Positions 42,741 to 51,468 are shown, counted from the first letter of the stretch. The stretch is 64,000 nucleotides of DNA from an uncultured Verrucomicrobiae bacterium (GCA_963817685.1 CAWFPN010000010.1:614746-678745), one strand, 5' to 3'. Notes: generated from the letters alone by a model not told the origin. Program-made: numbers and translations.

Positions 42741-43790
42741 ATGAAGATTGCCGTCGATGCGATGGGTGGCGATTTCGCACCCCAAAACATCGTCGCGGGC
42801 GTGGCGGATGCGCTGCGCGACGATCGGAACATCGCGCGCCTGTTTCTGGTCGGCGACAAGACCCGCATTGAGGCGGAATTGCGCAAGCTCGGTGTGACCG
42901 ATTCCCGCATCGAAATCGTCCACGCCAGCGAAGTCATCGAGATGAATGACCCGCCCGTGCAGTCCGTCCGGCGCAAGAAGGACAGTTCCATGTGCCGCGC
43001 GATCGACATGGTCAAACGCGGCGAAGCCGATGCCGTGGTCTCGGCGGGCAATACCGGCGCGCTATTGACGGCCTCGCACTTGAAACTGCGCACGCTCGAT
43101 GGCGTGGACCGGCCCGGCCTGGCCTGCCTGATGCCCGCGCCGGAGAACGTTTTCGTGCTGATGGATGCCGGGGCCAATCTCGAGCCGCATCCGTCCAATC
43201 TCGTCCAATACGCCTTGATGGGCAGCCTCTACTCCAAGCGCATTCTGGGTTATCCGAACCCGCGCGTGGCCGTGCTGTCCATCGGCACCGAGGAAATGAA
43301 GGGCAACGAGTTGACGCTGGAAGCCCACCGGCTGTTGAAGCTCTCGGACCTCAATTTTGTCGGCAATATCGACGCGCACGACCTGTTTGCCAACGCCGCC
43401 GACGTCATCGTGACGGACGCGTTTGTGGGCAACGCAGTATTGAAGGCCTGCGAAAGCACGGCCCGCGTCGTGTCCCGCTGGTTGAAGGAGGAACTCAAAC
43501 GCAACCCCTTGCGCATCCTGGGCGCGATGCTGGCCGGAGGCGCCTTCAAATCGCTCCGGCGCAAGACCGATCCGGACGAGTATGGCGGCGCGGTGTTACT
43601 GGGCATCAACGGCGTGTGCATCAAGGCCCACGGCGCCAGTTCCCCGAAGGCCGTCAAGAACGCCATCCGCATCGCCGCCGAATTCGTCGGAGGCCAGTTC
43701 AACGAGCACATCGTTGAGGAGATCAAGAAGCTCAATGCCAAATTCCAGCAAACCCCCCTTACGCAGCCCCCGGTTGAAGCGGCCCACTAG
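42741..43790 (+). CDS. plsX: Phosphate acyltransferase PlsX
   Basis: IAVDAMGGDFAP, SAGNTGA, DAGAN, LLGING.CIKAHG.S. Confidence 0.95.
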   Translation: MKIAVDAMGGDFAPQNIVAGVADALRDDRNIARLFLVGDKTRIEAELRKLGVTDSRIEIVHASEVIEMNDPPVQSVRRKKDSSMCRAIDMVKRGEADAVVSAGNTGALLTASHLKLRTLDGVDRPGLACLMPAPENVFVLMDAGANLEPHPSNLVQYALMGSLYSKRILGYPNPRVAVLSIGTEEMKGNELTLEAHRLLKLSDLNFVGNIDAHDLFANAADVIVTDAFVGNAVLKACESTARVVSRWLKEELKRNPLRILGAMLAGGAFKSLRRKTDPDEYGGAVLLGINGVCIKAHGASSPKAVKNAIRIAAEFVGGQFNEHIVEEIKKLNAKFQQTPLTQPPVEAAH

Positions 43791-44766
43791 GCCGGTCCAC
43801 ATCGTCGGCACAGGTTCCTACGTGCCCGACCGCGTGCTGACCAATGCCGACCTGGAAAAAATGGTCGATACCACCGACGAGTGGATCACTTCGCGCTCCG
43901 GCATCAAGGAACGGCGGATCGCGCCGGATTGGATGTGCACGTCCGACATGGCCGTCGAGGCCGCCCGGCGCGCCATGGATCAGGCCAGTGTGCGCGAAGA
44001 CGAAATCGACCTCATCATTTGCGCAACCATCACCCCCGACATGCCGTTCCCCGCGACGGCCTGCTTGATCCAGAAGAAGCTCGGCGCCAAGCGCGCGGCG
44101 GCCTTCGACATGGAGGCGGCCTGCTCCGGCTTCCTCTACGGGTTGGAAATCGGCTCCCAATTCATCACCTCCGGCACGTACAACACGATCCTCGTCATCG
44201 GCGCGGAAAAACTTTCCACCATCGTGGACTGGCAGGACCGCAGCACCTGCGTCCTGTTCGGAGACGGCGCCGGCGCGGCAATCTTGCGCAGCCGGGGCGA
44301 AGAACACGGGATTTTGACGACTTGCATGGGTGCCGATGGCTCGCAGTCCGACATTCTCCTCATGCCTGCGGGCGGGGCGCGCTACCCGGCGACGAAGGAG
44401 TCTGTCAGCGCCGGCATGCACTATTTGAAAATGGCTGGTAAAGAGGTGTTTAAACAGGCAATTACGGCCATGCAGACCGCTGCACAAGAGGCGCTGAAGC
44501 GGTGTAACCTGACGATTAACGACATTAAATGCGTCATCCCGCATCAAGCCAATCTCCGTATTTTGGAGGCTTTGGCTGAACGGCTGGGCGCACCAATGGA
44601 GAAGGTGTACGTCAATTTGCACCGATATGGCAACATTTCTGCTGCTTCAGTGGCCATTGCACTGGATGAAGCGGCCCGGGAAGGGCGTTTCCAGCGCGGC
44701 GACCTTATCTTATTGATCGTGTTCGGCAGCGGATTGACATGGGCATCGTGCGTCATCCAGTGGTAG
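43735..44766 (+). CDS. fabH: 3-oxoacyl-ACP synthase III
   Basis: GTGSYVP, AACSGF, FGDGAGA, PHQAN, YGNISAAS; start uncertain (43735 ATG or 43774 TTG). Confidence 0.93.
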   Translation: MPNSSKPPLRSPRLKRPTRPVHIVGTGSYVPDRVLTNADLEKMVDTTDEWITSRSGIKERRIAPDWMCTSDMAVEAARRAMDQASVREDEIDLIICATITPDMPFPATACLIQKKLGAKRAAAFDMEAACSGFLYGLEIGSQFITSGTYNTILVIGAEKLSTIVDWQDRSTCVLFGDGAGAAILRSRGEEHGILTTCMGADGSQSDILLMPAGGARYPATKESVSAGMHYLKMAGKEVFKQAITAMQTAAQEALKRCNLTINDIKCVIPHQANLRILEALAERLGAPMEKVYVNLHRYGNISAASVAIALDEAAREGRFQRGDLILLIVFGSGLTWASCVIQW

Positions 44767-44785
44767 GCAGCGAAAAGCGCTTCCA

Positions 44786-44814
44786 TTGACACAGACCCGA
44801 TGCGGTGCTACGTT
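44786..44814 (+). promoter_or_regulatory. Putative promoter upstream of the hypothetical-pilT pair
   Basis: TTGACA-17 nt-TACGTT with an extended TGn. Confidence 0.6.
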
Positions 44815-44844
44815 GCTGAGGCTGTATCTGAGGACGGAGACTAA

Positions 44845-45207
44845 ATGGCGACGACAAAGAGAGATGTCTCAGGCGTATTCGACGCGGAGCTGAAAGGCAA
44901 ACGCGATCGGAAAGCCGCCGTTCTCGATAACAGCTTCCAACTCACCCACAAAGGCATCACGTTCGTCACTGATACGTTTATGCCGGAGTGGACGGAAGTT
45001 GGCGTGGAGATGCGCTTGCCGAATAAGAGTGCGCGGAAGGACGAAGCGATCGTTTGTCGCGGGGTGGTGGTGCAGTGTACGCGAAACGAGCAGGGAAAAG
45101 GGTTTCATGTCGTGCTGTTGTTCCTGGACCTTTCCAAAAAAGCTCGCGACCAGATCAGCGTCATTCCTGCCGCCGTTGACTCTTTGAGCATCTCAATCTC
45201 ACGCTAA
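44845..45207 (+). CDS. Hypothetical protein, PilZ-like beta-barrel candidate
   Basis: LTHKGITFV...EVGVEMRL...CRGVVVQC...FHVVLLF resembles PilZ strands; directly precedes pilT. Confidence 0.55.
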   Translation: MATTKRDVSGVFDAELKGKRDRKAAVLDNSFQLTHKGITFVTDTFMPEWTEVGVEMRLPNKSARKDEAIVCRGVVVQCTRNEQGKGFHVVLLFLDLSKKARDQISVIPAAVDSLSISISR

Positions 45208-45215
45208 CTTCTCCG

Positions 45216-46310
45216 ATGGAATACCTTCACAGCCTCCTCAAATTCGCCGTCAACATGTCCGCCTCGGACATCCACATCAAAGCGGGCCACAACGCCACCA
45301 TCCGCATCGCCAGCGAGCTGTTCCCCGTCCAGGTCGATCCGCCCAGCATCGAACAGGTCCAGGAAATCGTCCGCCTGATGCTGCCGCGCCACCTCGAATC
45401 CCGCCTGGAACGGGAAAAAGAAGTCGATTTCTCCTACATCCACGAATCCCTCGGCCGCTACCGGGTGAACGTCTACCACCAGCGCGGCGAACTCTGCATC
45501 GCCATGCGCTTCGTGAAAGCCAATATCCCGTCGTTCACCGAACTGCACCTGCCCGATCAACTCGCCAAGATCGCCACCGCCGAGCGCGGCGTGATCCTGG
45601 TCTGCGGGTCCACCGGCTCGGGCAAATCCAGCACGCTGGCCGCGATGATCGAGCACATCAATCTCAACGAGAAATGCCATATCATCACCCTCGAAGACCC
45701 CATCGAGTACGTCTTCCAGGACAAACAATCCGTCATCGAACAGCGCGAAGTCGGCCTCGACACACTGAGCTTCGAGCGCGCGCTGGTCCACGTCATGCGC
45801 CAGGACCCCGACGTGATCATGATCGGTGAAATGCGCGACAGCCAGTCGTTCATGGCCGCGCTGACGGCAGCCGACACGGGGCATCTGGTGCTGACGACCC
45901 TGCACACGACGACCGCCTACACGGCCGTCGGCCGCATCCTCGATTTCTTCCCGTCCCACGAACGCGACCAGATCCGCCACCAGCTCGCGGCCAACATCAA
46001 GGCCGTGATTTGCCAGCGGCTCGTGCCCGCGATTGCCGGCGGCGTCGTCCCGGCCGTGGAAATCATGCTCAACACCCCGACCGTGCGCAAGATGCTCGAA
46101 GAAAATCACATGGACAAACTGCAAGCCGCCATCGAGACCGGCACCGAAGACGGCATGCAAACGTTCAACCAGGCCCTGTTCAAGCTCGTCAAAGCCAAGA
46201 TGGTGACCGAAGAAGCCGCCCTGGCCTGCGCGAGCAACCCCGACGCCCTGCGCATGAACCTGCGCGGCATCTTCCTCGACGAATCCAGACGCATCCTGGC
46301 GTCTGCGTAG
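45216..46310 (+). CDS. pilT: Type IV pilus retraction ATPase (PilT/PilU family)
   Basis: SDIHI, RYRVNVY, GSTGSGKSSTLAAMI, TLEDPIE, RQDPDVIMIGEMRD, GMQTF. Confidence 0.9.
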   Translation: MEYLHSLLKFAVNMSASDIHIKAGHNATIRIASELFPVQVDPPSIEQVQEIVRLMLPRHLESRLEREKEVDFSYIHESLGRYRVNVYHQRGELCIAMRFVKANIPSFTELHLPDQLAKIATAERGVILVCGSTGSGKSSTLAAMIEHINLNEKCHIITLEDPIEYVFQDKQSVIEQREVGLDTLSFERALVHVMRQDPDVIMIGEMRDSQSFMAALTAADTGHLVLTTLHTTTAYTAVGRILDFFPSHERDQIRHQLAANIKAVICQRLVPAIAGGVVPAVEIMLNTPTVRKMLEENHMDKLQAAIETGTEDGMQTFNQALFKLVKAKMVTEEAALACASNPDALRMNLRGIFLDESRRILASA

Positions 46311-46351
46311 TGGGTAGTGGTGAGTGGATAGTGGCGAGTGAGGACTGGGAA
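46310..46351 (+). repeat. Heptamer array A (G-rich on +)
   Basis: GTGGGTA GTGGTGA GTGGATA GTGGCGA GTGAGGA CTGGGAA; begins on the last base of the pilT stop. Confidence 0.85.
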
Positions 46352-46370
46352 ATCAGCCGAGCTTCTGCGA

Positions 46371-46736
46371 CTAAGCGCTCTTTTTCAGTGATTTTCTCAG
46401 GCCGCTTAGCATTCGGCTAATTTCATCGCACATTTTTTCCAGTTCCCTGACTTGCGCGGTGGGGAGATAGCCCAGTCGTTCGGCCAGCACCAGTTGGGTC
46501 TCCAGTTCCGCCAACGAACCCCGCGCTGTGCTTAGAAATTGCAGAAATTCTCCCGTGCCTTCGCGCGCTGCCCCCTCGGCGATGTTGCTGGGGACGGACA
46601 CAGCCGCCCTGCGCATCTGCGACGTGAGGCCGTAGCTTTCCTCTTTCGGAAACCGTTTGGAAACGGCGTAGATCCGCTCCGCCAGTTCGATGGATTTCTG
46701 CCAGACGACCAACTCCCGATAGCTCTCCACGGTCAC
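46371..46736 (-). CDS. Four-helix-bundle protein (TIGR02436 / IVS-encoded / Avd-like)
   Basis: SYRELVVWQKS, FPKEESYGLTSQMRRAAVSVPSNIAEG, ARGSLAELETQL. Confidence 0.93.
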   Translation of the reverse strand: MTVESYRELVVWQKSIELAERIYAVSKRFPKEESYGLTSQMRRAAVSVPSNIAEGAAREGTGEFLQFLSTARGSLAELETQLVLAERLGYLPTAQVRELEKMCDEISRMLSGLRKSLKKSA

Positions 46737-46758
46737 GGGGGAAAGAATAGCGGAAGGA

Positions 46759-46807
46759 GTGGGTAGTGGCGAGTGGATAGTGGGGAGTTGGCGGAGGGAA
46801 GTGGAAA
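46759..46807 (+). repeat. Heptamer array B (G-rich on +)
   Basis: GTGGGTA GTGGCGA GTGGATA GTGGGGA GTTGGCG GAGGGAA GTGGAAA. Confidence 0.85.
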
Positions 46808-46862
46808 ACTACGGGAACTCAACGGTTCGAAGATTTTCTCCGGCGCGGCGTCTTTCGACTGA

Positions 46863-46890
46863 TCACTAGCCACTGCCCACTCGCCACTAC
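46863..46890 (+). repeat. Heptamer array C (C-rich on +, inverted relative to B)
   Basis: TCACTAG CCACTGC CCACTCG CCACTAC; contains a 14-nt exact complement of 46763-46776. Confidence 0.8.
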
Positions 46891-46965
46891 TTTGCGGAAC
46901 CGCTCCGCGAAAGCCGGGCCCTTCATCTGCTCCTGCAGATACGCATCGAAATTGGTCTTTTTCAT
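46891..46965 (-). pseudogene. N-terminal fragment of an HTH/XRE antitoxin-like gene
   Basis: MKKTNFDAYLQEQMKGPAFAERFRK resembles the N-terminus of HigA-like HTH proteins; the frame runs straight into array C. Confidence 0.5.
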
Positions 46966-47141
46966 TCCTACGTTCGCTCCGCTGCAACAAAGAAGAATTC
47001 TATTCGTAACTACAAGTTCAGGAAACACCGATTTTGGCGTACGATGCGATAATCTGGCTGCCTATATTGCACGCTGTGATCGACCAGTGCGGTGTCGAGA
47101 GTTGAGCTCGAACGATAACGCGCTGCCCCCTACACGTCCGA

Positions 47142-48464
47142 TTATGACTCAGAGCGGTCAGTTTGCGCTGTGCGCCCTCTCGCGAAGTAATCTCGCAGTG
47201 CGCGGTTCCATAAATCAACCACTGCCTCTCTAAACAGGTGATCTTGCGTCGCGGGCGGCAAGGCGTTTAACTTTGCAGATACGTCTTGCGGCAGCTTACC
47301 TTCGCTGACGAATCGATTTAGTGCACCAGTCCGGTCTTTCCTCCTAAAGATCACCAGAATGAACCGAGCAATGAACCAATCCTCCGCAATCTCAGGTATG
47401 GGACGCTCAGCCAAATAACGCACCCTGTAGGCTTCATACCCAAATTTGCTTGTCCTGACCTCCACTACTTCAGCGAGATCGTGGCCGGCTAAAACAAAAT
47501 CGCCTACGGTCGCTCGCCCGCCAACGAGTCTTTCGCAAAACTGTATATGCTCTCTGTCGGATTCGTAATACTGCCGGACTTGGGCATTAACGCCGTCAGG
47601 TGCAAGACCGGTCAACTGCTGGCTTAGAACAAGTACTCGCAGGCCAAGTACGCCACAGTGGCCGATGCCTCTCTCAACGGTCCTTAGATCGTAATCCTTT
47701 GTCAGAGACGAAGGGTCAAAGTGAAGGTCTCGACTGGTTGTCGAAAAGAACTGCCTATAGCTAAATCCCATAGCCAACTTGTCCGCTTCTGTGGCAATTC
47801 GTAGTGCGTTGTGTAATCGGCTGTAAACACTGGCAAAAATCCGACCCGGCTTGAGCGAGCGCTCGATAGTCGGTCGTTTGTCTTTGAGGTACCAGCATTT
47901 CGAAATATCAAAGCCTGCGGCTTCAAGCCGACCAATCTCGCTGAGTAGACGACTGACGCTGTACTCAGCGTTATGACTTCTGCATGAATAAAACGCCTCT
48001 AGATCCTCTTGCAGTGAAAGAAAATAATCCAAATCAGCCAAGAGCAACAGATGTCGATAGTAGGCGTCTTCATTTGTCTGGCGAAACGAAATCAGATTCA
48101 CCAGCACCTCTAACAACTTGCGGCTCCACATACTTTGCTGATCTGCCATTGACTCAATGACCACGCGGTCTAGTTGACTTGACTTGCTAAATTTCTTCTC
48201 ATCGTCTGGTGAGCTGAGAAACTCTTGCCATCCCAAAATAGCAACGCCAACCTTTTGTACTTCGTCCAGCACCTGATAAACATAGTAGGCGCGGGCGTCA
48301 GGGTGTGAAGACCCAACCACCATGCGAAAGCTTGCTTCGTCAACACCGAGCGCTTGCCGCAAATCGTGCGCCCCCCTGGTCGTCGCAAAGCTGAAGAACT
48401 CCCAGCGTTTCTGCTTCTCTTCAAAGGTTTCGCGTTCAGTAATTGGAGGCACGCCTGTATTCAT
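47142..48464 (-). CDS. Hypothetical protein (440 aa), low GC
   Basis: Long uninterrupted ORF at roughly 50% GC; no family recognised. Confidence 0.75.
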   Translation of the reverse strand: MNTGVPPITERETFEEKQKRWEFFSFATTRGAHDLRQALGVDEASFRMVVGSSHPDARAYYVYQVLDEVQKVGVAILGWQEFLSSPDDEKKFSKSSQLDRVVIESMADQQSMWSRKLLEVLVNLISFRQTNEDAYYRHLLLLADLDYFLSLQEDLEAFYSCRSHNAEYSVSRLLSEIGRLEAAGFDISKCWYLKDKRPTIERSLKPGRIFASVYSRLHNALRIATEADKLAMGFSYRQFFSTTSRDLHFDPSSLTKDYDLRTVERGIGHCGVLGLRVLVLSQQLTGLAPDGVNAQVRQYYESDREHIQFCERLVGGRATVGDFVLAGHDLAEVVEVRTSKFGYEAYRVRYLAERPIPEIAEDWFIARFILVIFRRKDRTGALNRFVSEGKLPQDVSAKLNALPPATQDHLFREAVVDLWNRALRDYFARGRTAQTDRSES

Positions 48465-48575
48465 CACAAATTCGCTACTCGCGCAGAGCATGGTATGCAA
48501 GGGTATTGGGCTGGGGCAAGGAGAAAGGGCGAGGGACGAGGATTGACGTGATGGAGAGGCGGGCTATTCCAATAG

Positions 48576-48674
48576 GCACTACCCACTGACCACTATTTTA
48601 TCATTCCCCACTAGTCACTAGCCACTACTTCTCCACTCCCCACTAGCCACTAGCCACTCACCACTACCCACTGC
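48576..48674 (+). repeat. Heptamer array D (C-rich on +)
   Basis: About 12 units such as CCACTAG, CCACTAC, CCACTCC, CCACTCA and CCACTGC in three blocks. Confidence 0.88.
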
Positions 48675-48692
48675 CCCTCAGGGGGTTTGGTC

Positions 48693-48721
48693 TTGCAATT
48701 TGAATTGTTGTTTTTTAGAAT
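48693..48721 (+). promoter_or_regulatory. Putative promoter of the secreted repeat protein
   Basis: TTGCAA-17 nt-TAGAAT. Confidence 0.6.
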
Positions 48722-48830
48722 GCGGGGGTCATTCCGAACGTGCGGGAGATGCGCGAGTTCTCCGCGGTGGTAGGAAAGGTTCATGAAGACCGGGATTCCA
48801 GACGATCCCTCAGCATTTCAAAGCGGGGCA

Positions 48831-50480
48831 ATGCGGGCTGGTGCTGTCCTCGCCTTTGTGCTTTGTTTTTTTCTGTTTGCAGCGCCCGCCCGGGCGCAGT
48901 TCACGGCGAACAACCAGACCAATGTCCTCAATGGTGCCGCCCTCGACTGGGTACCCGTTGCTGAGAGCTACATCGTAGGCGACACGGAGTCGTACGATGC
49001 GCTGATTATCGAAAACGGCGGTGTGTTGTCCAATTCGTTCGGTGTCATCGGGAACCAGGCGGGGGCCAACGGTAATGCGGTCATTGTCTCGGGCACGGGA
49101 TCGGTCTGGAGTAATCTCGATGATCTCACCGTGGGCAACAGCGGCGCGGGCAATCAGTTGGTCGTCACCAACGGCGGCGCGGTTTTCGCGACCGATACCT
49201 ACCAGGGGGACTCGGGCAACAATAACGCCATTCTCGTCTCGGGCACGGGCTCGGTTTGGAACACGACGTTGGGCTTCTACGTCGGTTTGAATGGCAGCGG
49301 CAACTCGTTGGCGATCAGCAACGGTGGCGCTGTTTACGACGGTTACGGCCACCTTGGCGACCAGCCTTCCAGCGCCGGGAATGCGGCGTTGGTCATCGGC
49401 AGCGGGTCGGTATGGAGCAATGGTTCTCTGCTGGTTGGCAGGTTTGGCTCCGGCAATGTGCTCACCATCACCAACGGCGGTACCGTCATCTCGGCATTTG
49501 TAGCTCTGGGTTTTTGGCCGTCCGGCTGCAGCAATTTGGTGACTGTTGCCGGAAATGGCGCGGCCTGGTATGTCAATGCCCTCAACGTCGGATTTCCGGG
49601 CAGCAGCAATCAGGTCGTGGTTGGTCCGGGTGGCGCGGTGATTGCCAACGCGGCACAGATTGGTGACAGTGACCCATCCGTCGGCATCGCCACCAATAAC
49701 GTCATTCGGGTGAACGGCGGCACCTTGATCGTGACGAATGGCGGCGGCGGCACGTTGGTCGTCAGTCCCGGCGGTGGCTCCGACAGCTTGATTCTCAACG
49801 GCGGCACAGTGACGGTGGACGGTCTCGTCGCCACCAACGGCGTGAATAGCATCGTCACCTTCAATGCCGGGGTGTTGAATTCGGCCTCGACGTTCGTTAC
49901 CAATGGCCAGTTGTTCGTTGTCGGCGACGGCTTCGACTCGTCCACGTTTAATCTGTTGGGCGGTGTGCATTCGTTCGCCAACAACCTGGAGATTCGCTCC
50001 AATGCATTCCTCACCGGCTGCGGCACGATCAACGGCAATGTGGTCGTCGATCAGGGGGGCACGGTCCTGGCCAATTGCGGGACGCTGACGTTCACGGGTA
50101 TTCTGACCAACAACGGCTCGCTGTGGACGACAGCCGGCAGTGTTCTCGAAGCCTACGGGCCGGTCATCAACAACGGCGTCATCTACCTCCTCGACGGCGG
50201 TTCGACGAATTTCCATTCCGGCTTCGTCAACAGCGGCCTCGTCATCACCACAAACGACATCCCCGTCATCACCGCCATTCAGGTGGCGGGCTCAAACGTG
50301 CAGATCAGCGTCAGAACAAGCAACGGCGTCCGCTATCTGCTGGAAGAGACAACGAATCTGGTGACTTGGACGCTCGCACCCGGTTTCTTTGGCAACGGCG
50401 GCATCAAAACTCTCATCGATACGAACGCCGCCTCGCTGCCACAGCGATTCTACCGAGTTGGTTTGGCCGTGCCGCAGTAG
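48831..50480 (+). CDS. Secreted beta-helix repeat protein (T5SS/PEP-CTERM-associated repeat type) with a C-terminal RFYRV domain
   Basis: Signal peptide ending ARA; repeats of GNxVxVSGTGSVWxxxxxLxVGxxG; C-terminus TNLVTW...DTNA...RFYRV. Alternative start at 48783. Confidence 0.75.
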   Translation: MRAGAVLAFVLCFFLFAAPARAQFTANNQTNVLNGAALDWVPVAESYIVGDTESYDALIIENGGVLSNSFGVIGNQAGANGNAVIVSGTGSVWSNLDDLTVGNSGAGNQLVVTNGGAVFATDTYQGDSGNNNAILVSGTGSVWNTTLGFYVGLNGSGNSLAISNGGAVYDGYGHLGDQPSSAGNAALVIGSGSVWSNGSLLVGRFGSGNVLTITNGGTVISAFVALGFWPSGCSNLVTVAGNGAAWYVNALNVGFPGSSNQVVVGPGGAVIANAAQIGDSDPSVGIATNNVIRVNGGTLIVTNGGGGTLVVSPGGGSDSLILNGGTVTVDGLVATNGVNSIVTFNAGVLNSASTFVTNGQLFVVGDGFDSSTFNLLGGVHSFANNLEIRSNAFLTGCGTINGNVVVDQGGTVLANCGTLTFTGILTNNGSLWTTAGSVLEAYGPVINNGVIYLLDGGSTNFHSGFVNSGLVITTNDIPVITAIQVAGSNVQISVRTSNGVRYLLEETTNLVTWTLAPGFFGNGGIKTLIDTNAASLPQRFYRVGLAVPQ

Positions 50481-50546
50481 ATTGGCGGAAGCCTCGCCTC
50501 CCCGATCTTTTCCGTGAATCTGTCGCACCCAGCACTCCATTTCTCC

Positions 50547-50581
50547 TCACTCCCCACTAGCCACCAGCCACTAGTCACTCC
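50547..50581 (+). repeat. Heptamer array E (C-rich on +)
   Basis: TCACTCC CCACTAG CCACCAG CCACTAG TCACTCC; overlaps the integrase stop codon. Confidence 0.8.
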
Positions 50582-51468
50582 ACCTTGAACGTCATGTGGG
50601 CCGCCATGGTTTTGGAGTCTTGGCGGCGGTGGTGGCCGTACATGCGCAGGAGGCGGACGCCGCCGTCGTTGTGGCCCATCCATTGGGCCAGCAGGGGGTA
50701 GTCGACGCCTTGCTGCAGGGCGGTGACGGCGAAGAAGTGGCGCAGGGTGCGGTTGTCCATGTGCGGGATGCGGGCGTTGCGGCAGGCGAGGAAGAAGTTG
50801 GTCTTGCAATCCTTCAATCGCAGGACGCGGTCTTCCGGTTTCAATCCGCGCCGCCTGGACTGGATCCAGAGCAGATGATCGCGCAGGTTGGGGAACAGGG
50901 GGAGATAGCGCTCACGGCGTTCGCGCGTGCCGCGTTGCAGGGTGGTGACGACGAAGTTGCCGCCATCGAAATCGATGTTGTTCCAGGTCAGTCCGGCGGC
51001 TTCATGACGGCGCAGGCCGCTGTAGGCGAAGAAGAGCAGGGATTCAAGCGTCGAACGATGGCTCCGGCCACGGGCGATGATGACCAGTTTGGTGAATTGT
51101 TCGGGGGTTGGGATGAACGCGTGAAACTTCAAGTCGATCTTGTGGCCGGCAATGGACGCGGCGGGGTTGACGGCGATCAGTCCTTTGCGTTGCGCGAGGT
51201 CGAGGACGCCTTTGAGCATGGACAGTTCGGCATTGGCCCGCGAAGCGATGACGTCCATCGAGCGGATGTTGAACCAGCGCCGGCAGGCCCTGGGCGTGAT
51301 GTCCCGCACGGGCGTGTCGGTCAGGCCGGTCCAGATGCGCTGGACCATCCGCAAACTGCTCCGGTAATACGTGCGCGTGGCCGGTTTGCATTTTTTGGCG
51401 GCCAGCACGGTCCGGGTGTAGCGGCGGGCCATCTCCCCGAAGGTCGCAGTGTTTGATGCAGCGTTCAT
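50575..51468 (-). mobile_element. Tyrosine recombinase/integrase (no N-terminal arm domain evident)
   Basis: NPA motif, YSGLRRHEA (Arg-I), RTLRHFFA (Arg-II), WMGH...RMYGH (His and catalytic Tyr). Confidence 0.9.

Noticed and set aside
46310-50581. Heptamer arrays as a CRISPR array or a DGR (Avd-like gene present)
   Set aside because: The units are 7 nt with no unique spacers and no cas genes. There is no reverse transcriptase and no template/variable repeat pair.
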